DNA of 63,988 nt, filler included, from Asterionella formosa (taxonomy: Eukaryota): the NCBI GenBank assembly GCA_002256025.1. It is 19 parts of 19 records of this genome, joined end to end, with 100 filler letters (N's around TTAATTAATTAA, not from the genome) between each part and the next. Parts side by side here need not be neighbours in the genome. Positions count along the whole stretch, not along the records: positions 37,233 to 40,515 come from NKIB01014293.1; positions 40,616 to 43,897 come from NKIB01014294.1; positions 43,998 to 47,276 come from NKIB01014295.1; positions 47,377 to 50,655 come from NKIB01014296.1; positions 50,756 to 54,034 come from NKIB01014297.1; 14 more parts are not named here. One strand, given 5' to 3'. Positions 37,631 to 50,986 of this stretch are shown piece after piece. The notes below the pieces were generated by a model. That model saw nothing but the letters and a program-made list of their open reading frames with translations. It was not told the origin of the DNA and did not search any database. A program made the position numbers and the translations under genes. Position 1 is the stretch's first letter, and each line of letters starts with the position of its first letter.

Positions 37631-37822
37631 CCCTGTAGCACGATGCAGAATACAGTTGCTTCCCAATCATCTCATCATGATTGATAAGATGATACTGTGA
37701 TATCATGATAAGGTTACATCGATACATACATCACCAAAGTATGATACATAATATTGAATAAAGAACATCACAGAACTATGATACACTGATCATAAAATTA
37801 TGATGATTTTATGAAATGTATA
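37631..37822 (-). repeat. ATCAT-rich repeat (inverted) with candidate terminus TA-CCCTGTAGCACG
   Basis: Reverse complement of ~33590-33749, extending outward to CCCTGTAGCACG at 37631. Confidence 0.7.
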
Positions 37823-38087
37823 CATCCAGGTACCAAATTATTTTCAAGTGTTTGGACTTGGGAACATAAAAATTCTGGCGTTGCTGATCTCCAGAGCCTG
37901 CCACACACAAAAAGGCTAGTACCAACAAAAGTGACGATACCCTGAGTAACCAAACGAATGCTTCCGTAGATGCGCAAATATACCTTGACACAAAATTGAT
38001 GTATGTTGGCCCACAGAGAATGAATTGACATAACCATAGATAGCTAAGTAGGCTATTTAAATCGGTCATCACTCCCCGGCCACTTCC

Positions 38088-39353
38088 CTAGCCACTCACA
38101 GATGTCTCATCTTCCCCCTGGTTGGAGTCTTCATCATCATCGCGCCCTTCCATGATACTGGCCAGAGCGTTCGATAGGGAAATGGCATCAGTGGCTTTCC
38201 CCTGTGGTTTCTTGGTACCTTTAGTAACAGTAGGAGTAGTTGCTTCATTGAGGTTGCACTCCTTGGCGGAATGCATTTTCCACAATGCATGGTTGGTGCA
38301 CCAATGATACTCCTTTGTGTCCACTGTCTTGGTCTTCGCATCATTCTCCTTTGGTGGCACTAATTTCCAGGCCCATTTCTTAGCCAGTTTAGCCTTGCGA
38401 GCATGTTCCTTTTTGTCATTCTTGTTGTCCTTCACAGGCTTGTCGGTCTTGAAATATTCCAGTTTCGCTGTGAGTGCGACAATCTGTGCCTCCAACTTAG
38501 CATCTTTAGCAGATGGTAAATTACACTTCTTAGACTCCACAAGCATCTTATATTTATTTAGGGCCAGGTCCATCAACGAATACACATCAAAATCCACCCG
38601 TCCATCGTGATACTGATCCTGCTGACCAATCATGTAATCATGGAACACTTTATCCTCCACAGCATCGTATGCTGTAAACAGATTTGTCATTAGGTCAGAA
38701 GAAAATTCCCCACGAGACATAAGCGCGTCACGTTGCACATGGACATGGAGGTTTAACTTCTCAATGTTGCAGTCCACTGATAACATGTATTCATCCAACA
38801 CGCTGAGGGTACGGCGAATAGTTGCCACCGTGGATCGTGTATCGTCCATGCATCTCGTAATGAGAAGTTTCAAGAGTGCAGCACCACTTGCCACCACGAA
38901 TGTAGGGGCTGTAGGTGACGTAAGACGATAGGCAGATGCGTCTGTAGAAACCTTGAGCAGGGCCTCCATGGAAAGCGAGTCGTAAATGCACGTAAACAAC
39001 TGCACATTGTTCTGTGCATCATGCGTCTGGGAATGAACATGTGTGGCTGCGTGAGCAACCACATTTGCCATGGTGACCCTTCCATATTCGGTGATCAGGT
39101 TTCGCCCAACATTGTGGTCATCAGGGACCGTGAGGATGGAAGCCAATCCAAATGCGTCGGCTCGTTGCTGCAAGGCTTGAAGAAAAAGGCGGAGGCTTCC
39201 AGTTTCACCATCGAAGTTATGATTGAGTTTTTCGGTTGCAGACTTGTACAATTTCATCGCTTCATTTGAGTTGTAATCAACGGGATCAGGATTTGCGAGA
39301 GCTGGGGTTAGAGCAAAGACGAAAGCCGCATGGGCGTTGGGAGCTTGAGCCAT
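38088..39353 (-). mobile_element. Intact gag-like ORF (421 aa) of a diatom LTR retrotransposon (copia-like)
   Basis: FALTPA...DY...LY...FDG N-terminus and a C-terminal WAW...KEYHWCTNHALWKMHSAKEC knuckle. PBS-like TGGTATTGAAG at ~39839-39849 on the minus strand. A decayed homolog lies at 45495-46190. Confidence 0.7.
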
Positions 39354-39959
39354 GTTAGGTTCTAGACCACGAAGTTGAGAGGATCGATGAAGAATGATAG
39401 ACGATAGTCTACAATATGACGGTTGTCGTGTTGCGCAGGGGAAGCGTGAGGGAAACCAGCAAATATTCAGACAAATAAATGCAGTTTGACAATAACCAAA
39501 GTAAGACGCAAATCAATAAGAGATTAGTCTAGTTTCAATTATATGTCTCATAATCATTTGGCATTGTCTGCAACAGCACGCTAGCTCGTCCAACATGCAC
39601 CAACAGCAGCAAGACTAGAAGACCCTCAGCATTCAGATATACCTGACTGTGGAATGATCGCAACGCCCAAAAACCCTTATTATGCCAATAGAAGAATCGC
39701 TACACCGCAGCATGACTCGCCATCAACCAACTGCCAAAAGAGACCCAACCAGATCCGCGTGGACCCAATCCGGCAGCAAGTTACAAATTGAATCGTCAAC
39801 ACAATAATGAAAGGGGAGAACCCGGAAACCCATCAGATACTTCAATACCACATCCTTACGTACGTCAAACATTTGAACACCCAATGACACTGCACCCCTG
39901 GCACCAGGGAGCAAGGGCACATGAGAAATGCATAATTCTCACAGAGGGATCAATTTTGC

Positions 39960-40509
39960 TTGATACCAGTGGCTTTAGCCCCGAAGTTTGGAAGTAATTT
40001 GTTCAAGGTCCATTCAAGCACTTTCCAACAGACGACTTCGTGGTGCAACCTCATTGGTAGCGTCGATCCCAGCGGGTGGCACCAAGAAAGACAGGAGGTC
40101 CGATGTGGTACCGGTACTGGGGAGTGTGGAACTGAGTGTTCACGAGTTTTTCGGCTGTGAGTTGGTGAAGAAATCTGCAGAAGGCTCGATTTTATACATT
40201 ACAGAGGTGGCGGTAAACCCAGCTGCTCGACGATGTGGAATCGGTTTGAAGCTATTACAGGTGCGAACAAATTTACAATGGATCCTTTGTATTGTTTTCA
40301 ATGAGAATGGATTAGTTACAAAGTCATTTAACCCATCCCATGTTTTTTTCCTTCTTGTTATACAGGGAGTGGATAAATTGGCAACATTGCGTAATGTGGA
40401 ATCCTTGTATCTTCATGTGGATGTAACCAACTCCGGAGCAATTGGACTCTATGAAAAATTGTTGACGCTTATTCCCGATTGTACTATATTTTTCTGTATG
40501 AAAATATGA
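39960..40509 (+). CDS. GNAT-family N-acetyltransferase fragment
   Basis: LYITEVAVNPAARRCGIGLKLLQ, GT-AG intron 40261-40365, then GVDKLA...LYLHVDVTNSGAIGLYEK. The 5' part is missing or disrupted. Confidence 0.75.
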
Positions 40510-41558
40510 GAAGCTNNNNNNNNNNNNNNNNNNNNNNNNNNNNNNNNNNNNNNNNNNNNTTAATTAATTAANNNNNNNNNNNNNNNNNNNNNNNNNNNNN
40601 NNNNNNNNNNNNNNNTTGCCTTGAAAAAGGGGAGTCGAGTACAAATGGGCTATGAAAGAGATTATCATTTTAATCTAAAATAATTCGAGTATCAGAGCGC
40701 AATGATGAGATTACATATTACTTCACCAAAGAATATTTGTGATAAAATAATAATTTTGGCACAAATTAATTTCTTTTTTCGAAGCATGCACCCATTGACA
40801 CAAATTTTGCAGAAAAGAAAAGATGTTACAACTGTTGCATAATATGTATCAGTTCTATAGGAGGTGACGGACAATTGAAGAGGAGCACAGTCCCAAATTG
40901 ATGGCGACAATTAAATATGAAGATTAAAATATTATCAGCAAATGATTTTTTAGATTCTAATATTGTGTCTTTTTTGATAAGAATCAATGTTGAAATATTT
41001 GCAAGCTGGCTGGGGTAATTCAGAGATCAATGAGCGAGTCTAAAAATGATGGTAGAAATTTGAAGCCTTGAAACTATCATGACTATTTTTATCACAAGAA
41101 CATTGCAACATCAACATTAGTTATCATGATTTCACACTATTCATATTTGATTTGGTTTGATTGGATTCATGTTTATATTATTCTAGCATTGCCATGAGAT
41201 TAAGACAATCACTCCAAGACTGCTGTTGCCTTGATCATAATCCTTTGTGGAGACTTGATAGGAAAGGCATGGTCACCTAAAGACACATATTAATGCAAGT
41301 AGTATGAAGAAACAATCAATCGCTCATCACTATTTCATACATTCACTGAAATATCTTACAGCATTCATCTATCTGATGGATCAGGGGGAATCTATTACAT
41401 TGCTCTACTGTCTGATGATATGGCTCCAATACAATCTGCAATATAAAATTTAAGAAAAAAACATAAAACCAATGTTCCTGCCAATTCAATTCTTCGTCCT
41501 TGTATCCACATCTATCATGCACCAAATTAACAATGCTCAGCATTCTCACTTGACCACT

Positions 41559-42775
41559 TTATGCCCAGATTTTCAAGGTGGCATCCCAAGACCCTGTACA
41601 AAGTGCATCTCCTTTGGGGTTTACACCAATGCAAGACACATGCTGATCATGCGCTTGATTAAAGGTAAAGGTTGGGGATGCCTTGTCACCAAGAGTGTCC
41701 CATGCCAACACATTTGAATCGGCATGGCCTCCAAACAAAATTCTACCACTTCGACTGAAGGATACTGATGTCAATCCCTCCCCATCTGCCTGGACTTTGC
41801 CAAATTTGCAAACTTCATTGTACGCCCGCAAGTCGAAGACCCTTGCTGTACCATCTTCTGATCCAGTTCCAAAAGCAAGTCCATTGCTCATAAAGTCTAC
41901 ACCATTGATGTCGCCTTCATGGCCGGTAAAGGTTTGGACGGCACCTTTTGGTGTGCGAATGTCCCAAACCTTGGTTGTTCGGTCAACAGAGGCAGAGACA
42001 AACACATTAGAATCCTTGGGATTGACGGCCAAGGCGATGACATCTTCCTTGTGCTCTGCAAAGATTTCGACGGGTCTTTGAGTAGGAATATCCCACAAGA
42101 TAACCATTGAATCTCCAGACCCCGTCAGAATTTGCTGTTCATTCAAGAACCGACACGATGCCAAGAATCCATCATGTGAGGCCAGCTCCACTGCCGTCTT
42201 TTCTGGATCACCTTGATTCAAGTTGTGAATGGTGCACAAATTGTCCAATCCTCCAGAGGCGACCATCTGTCCCTTGGTGGGCTCCATGGCAACACACATG
42301 ACGTAGGTCGATTTCAACGGAATGACATGTAATTTGTTGGTCGTGACGGCGTTCCATACGAGTAATTTTCCATCTAGCGACGAGGACACGAGAGCATTGG
42401 AATCAGATGCCCAATGTAGGGCCATGACTTTTCCGAAATGCCCCTTGAGCATGCGACGGACTTTAGTTGCAGGAGGACCCCGTATCATGGGGAGCGTCTT
42501 GGAAACGGAACCTCGCATGGTTTTGTCCTTTTTGGCAGAGCGCGCCTTGTTGATTTGGTCTTTCAAGGAGGCGACCTTTAGAGAGAGCGCGCGCGACCGG
42601 CAGCGAAATGACACGGTGTGAGTCATGACAACAAGGAGGAACGATGAGAACCGAATTTTGTCGGACCTTCGTCTGCAAACAAGTAGTACCGGTAGTCCTC
42701 AGTGCCGTGGCTACAGCTTCTTTCATTGCTTACCTCCGCTTTGGCAGCTTCGATGCGTCTGGCAATTTCCGACAT
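41559..42775 (-). CDS. GNB1: Heterotrimeric G-protein beta subunit
   Basis: MSEIARRIEAAKAE splices through intron 42576-42733 to VASLKDQI. Motifs RRMLKGHFGKV, VASGGLDNLCTI, QTFTGHEGDIN, FDLRA, FSRSGRILF and TGSWDATLKIWA. Confidence 0.93.
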
Positions 42776-44169
42776 GGCGAACAGCAACGTCTGTGTACTC
42801 AACGAAGGAGCAGAGGCAAAAAATTGACGGTCGATACAAAACTAACAGCTACTTATTAGTTTACACTCGCTGCGTAACAGAGACAAGCATAATTTGCTCG
42901 ATCTTCTTCAAGTCGAAACAATAGACAGAGGTTCGTATCATCTACCGTTACATATGTAGTAGACTAATAACAAATATGTGTACTGCACGCGTTCAGTAGA
43001 TACACATTTATCGATCATAAATATTAAGCTATTGTTCCTCTGTTTTGTAAATAAAAATTGACAACTACCGGTATACTGCTAACTAATAAATTTTTATATT
43101 TATCACAATATTCAGTACACCGGAACGTACAACAAGCAGACATGCAGTTTAAGTCACTCATGAATATGTCCGTGCGTTGTCGTTTTTCCATTTGCAACTG
43201 TCCCACTGTTGCTAGCTGGCATGGTACCTGGTACCAGGTAACAGGAACCATCGTCAATAAGCTACCGGTATATTATGTCGTGGGATTATACAATCTGTAT
43301 CAATCATGATTTGTCCTGAAGGTGAAGATGGTTGGGAGACATTTTAATCTGTATACCAGTACCGGTTTTCCGACGTGACTACCGGGTAAACATGTGTATA
43401 TACCGGTATATCCATACCGGAATATTTAATCAGTGTCAACTCGTACGGTAGGCTGATTCCGCGGCATAGACTACTATGAAGAGTGTGTAGTACATACAAG
43501 GGGAGCGACCGGTATACACATTTGTCATTCCTATTTTATTGCCAGTATATTTAACATGACTGATGGATTTGCTGATTTGTCAATCCTCATCTAGCTATAC
43601 CGGTACTGGCAGTCACCTAAAGAACAAGCAGCGCATTGTTGGATGTCTATTATGTACAGCATGTCGATATGTAACTTCAAAATGACCTACCGGAAATCAA
43701 GATTCTATTAGGAATATGAACTACGACATGAAGTATGTACGTACATGAAAGTCAGTACAAACAGCGAAGTATTTTCTTGCATTTTGACCTGTTGCTTGCT
43801 TTCCGAGATTTCATTTTCTCAACAATACACTTGATAAAAATAATCATTTAGCATAAGTCATCAAGCTAGCTACTATGGACTCAATTGTGTCTCTACTNNN
43901 NNNNNNNNNNNNNNNNNNNNNNNNNNNNNNNNNNNNNNNNNTTAATTAATTAANNNNNNNNNNNNNNNNNNNNNNNNNNNNNNNNNNNNNNNNNNNNTTC
44001 AATATCCTCTGGGTTATAATTCAATAAATGATAAAAAAATTTCTGGATACACAATTGATTCTCAATCAAACAACACATCTCATTCTCAATCAGCCAACAA
44101 ACACATCTCTTTCTCAATCAACAAACACATCCCTCTATCAATTTCATGATTTACATTTACTATGTTTCT

Positions 44170-45160
44170 TTGTGAAGAATCCAGGAGATACTTGGCATAT
44201 TGCTATTCCTACATCACTATTGGATCCCATTATTAATAGTTAATTGGTATCATCAGATGTTAACTCATGTGGGTATGACAAAATCAAAAGCTACAATTTC
44301 TACAATTGCCACAATTGCTACACATTTTCATCATCCTACATTAAAAGCAAGAATGGAAAAATATATTGTAAGCATATGTGAAGCATGTCAAAACATAATA
44401 AATTACCTGGTGCTGGTTTTTGGTGAACTTCCACCAAGGAATGCATTGTTATTACAATGTTCAGAAGTCACAATGGATTTAATTGGTCCATGGAAGATAA
44501 CAGTGGCTGCACAAGCAATTGAATTTCGTGCTCTAACTTGAGTTAACACAGTCACCAATTTACCAGAAATTTCACATTTCAATAGACTAATAAGACATCA
44601 AAATATATTGCAATGAGATTTGAAAATGATTGGTTAGCGAGATATTTCCGCCCAGAACGCTGTATGAGATATTTCCGCCCAGAACGCTGTATACATGACA
44701 ATAATGAAGGTGAATTTACTGGTATTCCTTTCATACACATGTAAATGTTGAATGGAAATAAAAATGGGATTATTACAGTCAAGAATCCACAAGCAAATGC
44801 TATCTGTGAACGTCTACATCTATTTTACCAGGAACATGCTGGGTTTTCCAATGTGATATGAAATTAAATATTCCTTTGATTACAGATTAAGTGATAATCG
44901 ACAAATGTATATGTCTTGCTAATTTCCAACATCAGCCATTCTTTGTCATTAAAAAGTTCGTGACGAGATTCTAACTATATTAGATAATCCTACTACCTTG
45001 GAAGTCCATAGACGAGGTCCTTATTCTATTATTCAAGTGCATGCCAATGGTACAGTTACTTTTCAACAAACTATGCACATTATGGAACAAATTAATTTTC
45101 ATTGCATCAAACCTTTTCAAAGGTAAAAGGTTTTCCCTTGGCTGGTGTGGGAGAGTGAGC
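44170..45160 (+). mobile_element. Degenerate Ty3/gypsy integrase region with a purine-rich PPT-like tract
   Basis: WYHQMLTHVG...CEACQ (H2C2 finger), MDLIGPW, NPQANAICERLH and GPYSIIQVHANGTVT. GGTGTGGGAGAG at ~45144 precedes a possible LTR. Confidence 0.8.
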
Positions 45161-45494
45161 AATCTTGCGCATCAATACAGATGTATATACTAGGGTTAGT
45201 AGTGTTATATCATAAATATCAGAACTCAATAATGAGAGAACTCGACTAGCCCTTATTGTATACTTTGGTGTCGACTTGTTATGAAATGAGTTGCACACAA
45301 GCAAGGATTAACTAATGAGCTCATCTATTCAACAAGTACTACTACTTCTAGTTAGATACTTTACCAGGTACCTGGTACCAGGACCGGTACTTGGCTCCCT
45401 TATGGTGTCCGGTGGTTCGCCTGAATGTATGATGAATATTCAAGTCTACTACCGGTACCTGGTAACTGGTACCATACATACATATCCTCGTTCG

Positions 45495-46190
45495 ACTGTG
45501 GTATTAAAGTAACTGATGGGGTTCCGGGTTTCCGTTGCTTTTGATTTGCAGATTCGATTTGTAAGCCAACTCCTTCCTGCAGGATTTGTTTTGCAGACGA
45601 GGAAGGTCCAACAATCGAGATATTTAGCTAAATCTTTCAATGAAGATAAAAACGTGTTTTACTGGACCTTCCAGTAGATCTGAGTCGTCCTCTCCATTTT
45701 TTGATAGTTTGTTTGGTTCTCGCTATGACGATTATAACATGAAGATCCCTATATCGATACTAGAAAGCATTTAGGCGACGTTTCATTGAGTATTCAGGTA
45801 TATTTGAATGTTCTGGCGGGGCGTTGCATCTTGCTGTTTGTTGGCAAATGAGTGGAGGGGTTTGTGTGGTTATTTGAACGTAGACTAATGATTATAAGAA
45901 TTTTTTTGAAACTACTAGACTTATTCATTTAGTGAACTGTCTTATTGGTAGATTTTCGTCTATCATGCTCCAATGATCTCTTTAACTTTGCAGTCTTGAT
46001 CCTATCATGGCTCAAGTTCCCAACGCCCATGCGGCCTTTGTCTTCACACTTCCTGATCTAGTAGATTACAACTCCAATGAAGGATGAAAGTGTAAAAGTC
46101 TACAATGGTGAAGCTCAATCACAACTTTGATGGTGAGACCGGAAGTCTCCGCCTCTTCCTTGAAGCCTTGTAGCAATGAGCCGATGCCTT
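45495..46190 (+). mobile_element. Decayed 5' UTR and gag start of the element at 38088-39850
   Basis: TGTGGTATTAAAGTAACTGATGGG and ATGGCTCAAGTTCCCAACGCCCATGCGGC...GGAAGTCTCCGCCT match the reverse complement of contig 12. Confidence 0.75.
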
Positions 46191-47376
46191 CTCAAATAGC
46201 ACACTATGTCGATGCACCTTACCTGGAATGACAGGAATAACTAATTCCATCACCTGGTCAGCACAGAAGAACGCCTCTCAATTTGACAATTCTTTTAGCT
46301 TCTGGCTCTTTTTCTCTGTATCAATACCGACCAACAATATTGGTAAATGTAAGGGGATCATTAGAAACTCCCCAATAGCGGAGAAGTTCATCAACATCAT
46401 TGGACTCATTTTTGGACTTCTGTCATTGCTGTACACCATTGCTCTATGAATGAATAATGGAACATAAATATATTTTAGACATAATACATACCACCAGTAC
46501 CCATGTGTGGGATGCATGTGTAATACAAGATATAAATGTTATACAAGTATAGGGTAAACATTCATGGCAATTGGTGCGTCATTTTCTGGTACTTCAGAAA
46601 TTGACGTTGAAGATGCAGTTATGGTATATGTTCTCAACACCATTGTGGCTTCATGTTGTGACAAAGTTGCAGCAATGGAGTTCAATCCTGAATTCGAGTT
46701 ATCTCCGATGTTAACTACAACTGAACTTACGTATCTTAGTAAAATGGTTCATCATCATCCCGCCGTAGAATCTTACCATTGGCATGGTAATAAAGAATCA
46801 TTAAAATTTGAAAAAGAATACGAACATGCTTTCGTTGTTGCTGAGGGCATGTAGAAAGTGAGCAGGTGTGCTGTTCTCCTGAATGACAGCCAGCATGATA
46901 TACTATACAAAGATTTCAAGAGTTTCTTGAAATCTTCGGAAGAATTAGTGGATGATGACAGTTCTTTTTCATCGTCATGTTCTCAAAAAAAAAGAAAATC
47001 ATAAAGATAAGTAAACTATGAATTCGGAGGCAGTTATAAAATGTTGATGTATATTCGTAATAATTTGTATTGTGATGATTAGTGCTACTTCTCTGTACTT
47101 AAAGGAATATCCCAACCAATTAATTTCCATTGATTTCGTGGTGGTAATTCAATATAATAATCTGTATTTTCCATGGCTTCAACGGTTTCTCATGTACTCA
47201 TACATATACTGATTGAAGCTGGTGCTAAAGCTGGGACTACTAATGCTGTGGAAAGAATGTTGTTATGCTCAACAACNNNNNNNNNNNNNNNNNNNNNNNN
47301 NNNNNNNNNNNNNNNNNNNNTTAATTAATTAANNNNNNNNNNNNNNNNNNNNNNNNNNNNNNNNNNNNNNNNNNNN

Positions 47377-50300
47377 GGTAGGATAATGTCGTGCCAGCTA
47401 AAGTAATGTGGTTTGGCTCATCATCCTCTCCAGTCCTCACTCTGATTCTTGCAACAACGACAAAGCAGCCATGTCGAGAGGAACGAGTAATTGTGATAAA
47501 ATCTTCATTTGTCGTTCAAGTCATCTTATGTCTTCGATGAATCATCATCTACAGTGTACAGTAGATATCCATTGAAAATCAAATGGCTCATCACACAAGA
47601 CGAATATTTCCGGTCTGTCACCGGAGCATCGATCAGTGTTACAACCTCAATCATAGCTAAACATTATCATTACAGAACAGCATAATCTACTTCTATGTTA
47701 CATTTTCTCTCTAACAAGAACATAATAAATTTAGAATTGAAACGCAGCATAGCAGGCGATATGAACAAAGAAGCAAGAGACTATTATGTATAGTAACAGA
47801 GTGATTCTGGTTTCGTAATTTTCATGTCTCATTAGATTTCCCTTGTCATCGTACTAGTTCCTTACCTTTGACGACAGGAGCGTATTCTTTGATGTATCTG
47901 GAATGGTTCAATGGATGGCAGGCAGCAGTTGTGTTAAGACACAAACTCGAAAAAAGCACTAGAACTTTGTAGATGTTCATGAAAAGCTAGACACTTTGGC
48001 CTATCGAACACCAGCCAGTCTATACTGCAAAAATACAAGAAGCACAAGTTGATTGCCCATTTATGGATTCAAGTTTCATTAGTGCAACAATGTAAAATAT
48101 TAGAAACAGGAAGGTTTCATCTAATTACGGCTTTCAATTTTACTGTTATTGATTGAGAGGAAGCAATGGTAGAATGGCTGCCAAACGGGCGGTGGCAAAC
48201 ACAGAGAAGACCCTTCTTGGATGTCAGTTGCTACAGAAAATGGAGAACAGCCGCCACTTTCTGTTGATTGTTTCTGTATGCTACTGACCAAAACCTCCAG
48301 AAATCTCCTCCATGAGTTGCTTGTTTCTTGACTTGAATGCCAAAGGGATCAAAACCGGTGGAAAATGCTTAAGGGAACAACTTAAAATTCTCTGCAAACA
48401 TCAGGAAAATTGTGAAAGAGAAATGAAGGTTTTTGGGAGGAGAATTAAAGGGATAATTGCTGCTGGTCTTGCGGGAACAAGAATGGATTGACCCAAACAA
48501 TGTTGACAAAAAGGTACTTACCGGAAAAGGTAGCAATTCTTTCGGCATCATCAATCTATACACGAGCCTGCGCCACCTGATGTAAATATAGATACCTCGA
48601 CTTCATCAATGAAGAAGTCAATGGGCGGAGCATGTGAAGAAAATCGGGGTTGAGGTTTTCTTGACGCCAACGTGCTTGGCTGAATTTTCAGATGAAGACA
48701 TTGAGTAACCTGGGCCTGTGCAGCCAAAGAATAAAGAAAAATCTATGACAAGGGTGGTGAGATAGTGTTTAAAGCAAAAGTTATCATAGCTGAACGCATT
48801 CGAAAATTCTTATAGACAAGATATGGTGGCATACCATCATGGCTGCTCTTGGCTGACAGTTGCCAAGTCAATGTACAAACACAACAAGGGTGCACAAAAG
48901 ATGGTCCCATTTTAATTGACTGGTTGATACATAGTTTTGAGACTCACCATTCTGCAATGGTGTGGACTTTGATCATTGCTTTGTTTGAAGCACAATCAAT
49001 TTGAATGCTGTCCAGTGAAACGATGACAACATTTGTGGCGAAAAATCGCAGAACAGATCAAGAGATTTCATAGGAAATAAAATAACAGGGCATGTATCAT
49101 GCACTGATCCTTGTGTATATTTGATCATTTCCATATTCCATATACAGGTGCATGGATGAATCCTCCCGCCCTTTCATTAGATATGCAGCCATGTTGCGAT
49201 AATTCTACAAGACCTATAGGATTGGTAGTCTGGTATTGTGTATACTAGTAGGAGTCATATATGTGTACATGCTGCAATAATTCTTACAAGACATACAAAT
49301 CTGGTAGCTTGGCTGGGGTAATCACTTCCGTGCTAAATACAGGGGGGAAGGGTTGCATGCATGAGCAACTACTCCTCCGGTATAAACTATGATCTTTGAT
49401 CAATAAATTTTGATTCGTTTATCCTTTACCTTTGATCATAACATATTGATCACACTGTGCTCCTGAAATGAAGGATCATCGCACATAATGATGCGGAAAA
49501 CGAAAGTGATAATACATCACAATGATACTTTTGGCTTAGAAGGAGTGACTACAGAGAAGGGCGGAATCAATTGATGGTTAAGTCAAGAGCAAATGGCTTT
49601 CATGTTCCTTGTCATGCATACACTTCCTGAAAGGAAGGATCTCAAGCACCACATGATGCGAAAAACTGAAGTGACAATACAACGCGATGATACACCATGT
49701 GGCTAAGATTGAGTAAATTTGATGGAGAAGGGCGGAATCAATGAGCTGTGCATGGTACCATGTCAAGAGTAAATGCCAGGATGATCAATTGTTGGGATTA
49801 CAAATACAGAATGAGCAAACCATCCCCTTTCAGTGATTCAATAGCTCCTTTTCGATTTGGCGGCTGGACAACCATCAATGTGGACAAAAGAAATCGGTAA
49901 GTGCTATCATCTTTGGATCAATCCACAGTTGTTAGAAAAACTGACACATGTGTGTTGCTTCTTTCAGGATAATGGTAAACAACAGTATTTGAAAGTTACA
50001 AACAGCAGCGTTGGAGCCCATTTATTGATCGATACTTTCTTATTAAATCTTCAACTGACACATTCTTTTACAGAAATACGCATCAGTTACTTCCTCAATT
50101 TGTGGTAAGTAAAGATAGAAGCGAAATGCATGTTGTTGTGTAAGCAAAACATGAACAGCTAACAATGAATTGCTTCTCTTTGTTAGTATGATTGGGACAA
50201 CGAAACGGATTAAATAGTAATGCGAAAATGCATGAATGCAAACTCAGATCCGTCAGGAGTAAAAGGAAAGCGGGGGAACAAGGGCAAGGCAACCAGTACT

Positions 50301-50655
50301 ACTACAACAACCTTCAGAATTGGATTGGGGGGAAGTGGAAGTGAAAGCTGAAGCACCAATCATTGCGATGAGAGCATTGTAGAACATTCCGTAACCACTC
50401 AAGATATAGAAACATAGAACCATTCTTAAATATAGTTCTAAATTTCGATCAATTTCATCCTTTTTTAGACAGTGATATTGATGAGAATTATGATCATGCT
50501 AAGATAGATGTCTGACAAAAGTATACACATCATAGGACCATGTTTAACTAATAATATGATGCAATGGTATTATAACTATGATAGTATCATCATACTTCAA
50601 GGTCAGTAAAAGTTTACTGCATGATCGTAATTATATGATACATTGATCATATTTT
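47377..50655. repeat. 3.28-kb contig nearly identical to 57513-60788
   Basis: Same first bases (GGTAGGATAATGTCG) and last bases (TTGATCATATTTT); collinear with scattered SNPs and indels. Confidence 0.95.
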
Positions 50656-50755
50656 NNNNNNNNNNNNNNNNNNNNNNNNNNNNNNNNNNNNNNNNNNNNT
50701 TAATTAATTAANNNNNNNNNNNNNNNNNNNNNNNNNNNNNNNNNNNNNNNNNNNN

Positions 50756-50986
50756 GCATTGCATTTTGGTCTCAACCAACGGCCATACATACTTTAATAT
50801 AATTGTTGCGAAGTAGACAAAGAAAGATGGACCAAAGCAATGAACATACTTGTTCTCAACCACATATGATTCATAATGCTGCTATATAATTGAACTTATT
50901 AATCCTTTCCACTTACTAATGTATGTTATTAATTATATTCTAGCATTAAATATCTTCCTTGTCAGTTTTGAGGTTCGTCACTTGTC
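50756..50986. repeat. Dispersed repeat, inverted near-identical copy at 62312-62547
   Basis: GCATTGCATTTTGGTCTCAACCAACGGCC... is the reverse complement of the sequence ending at 62547. Confidence 0.85.

Noticed and set aside
10163..42775. GPCR, G-beta, LPMO and M66 as a functional gene cluster
   Set aside because: They lie on different contigs joined artificially.
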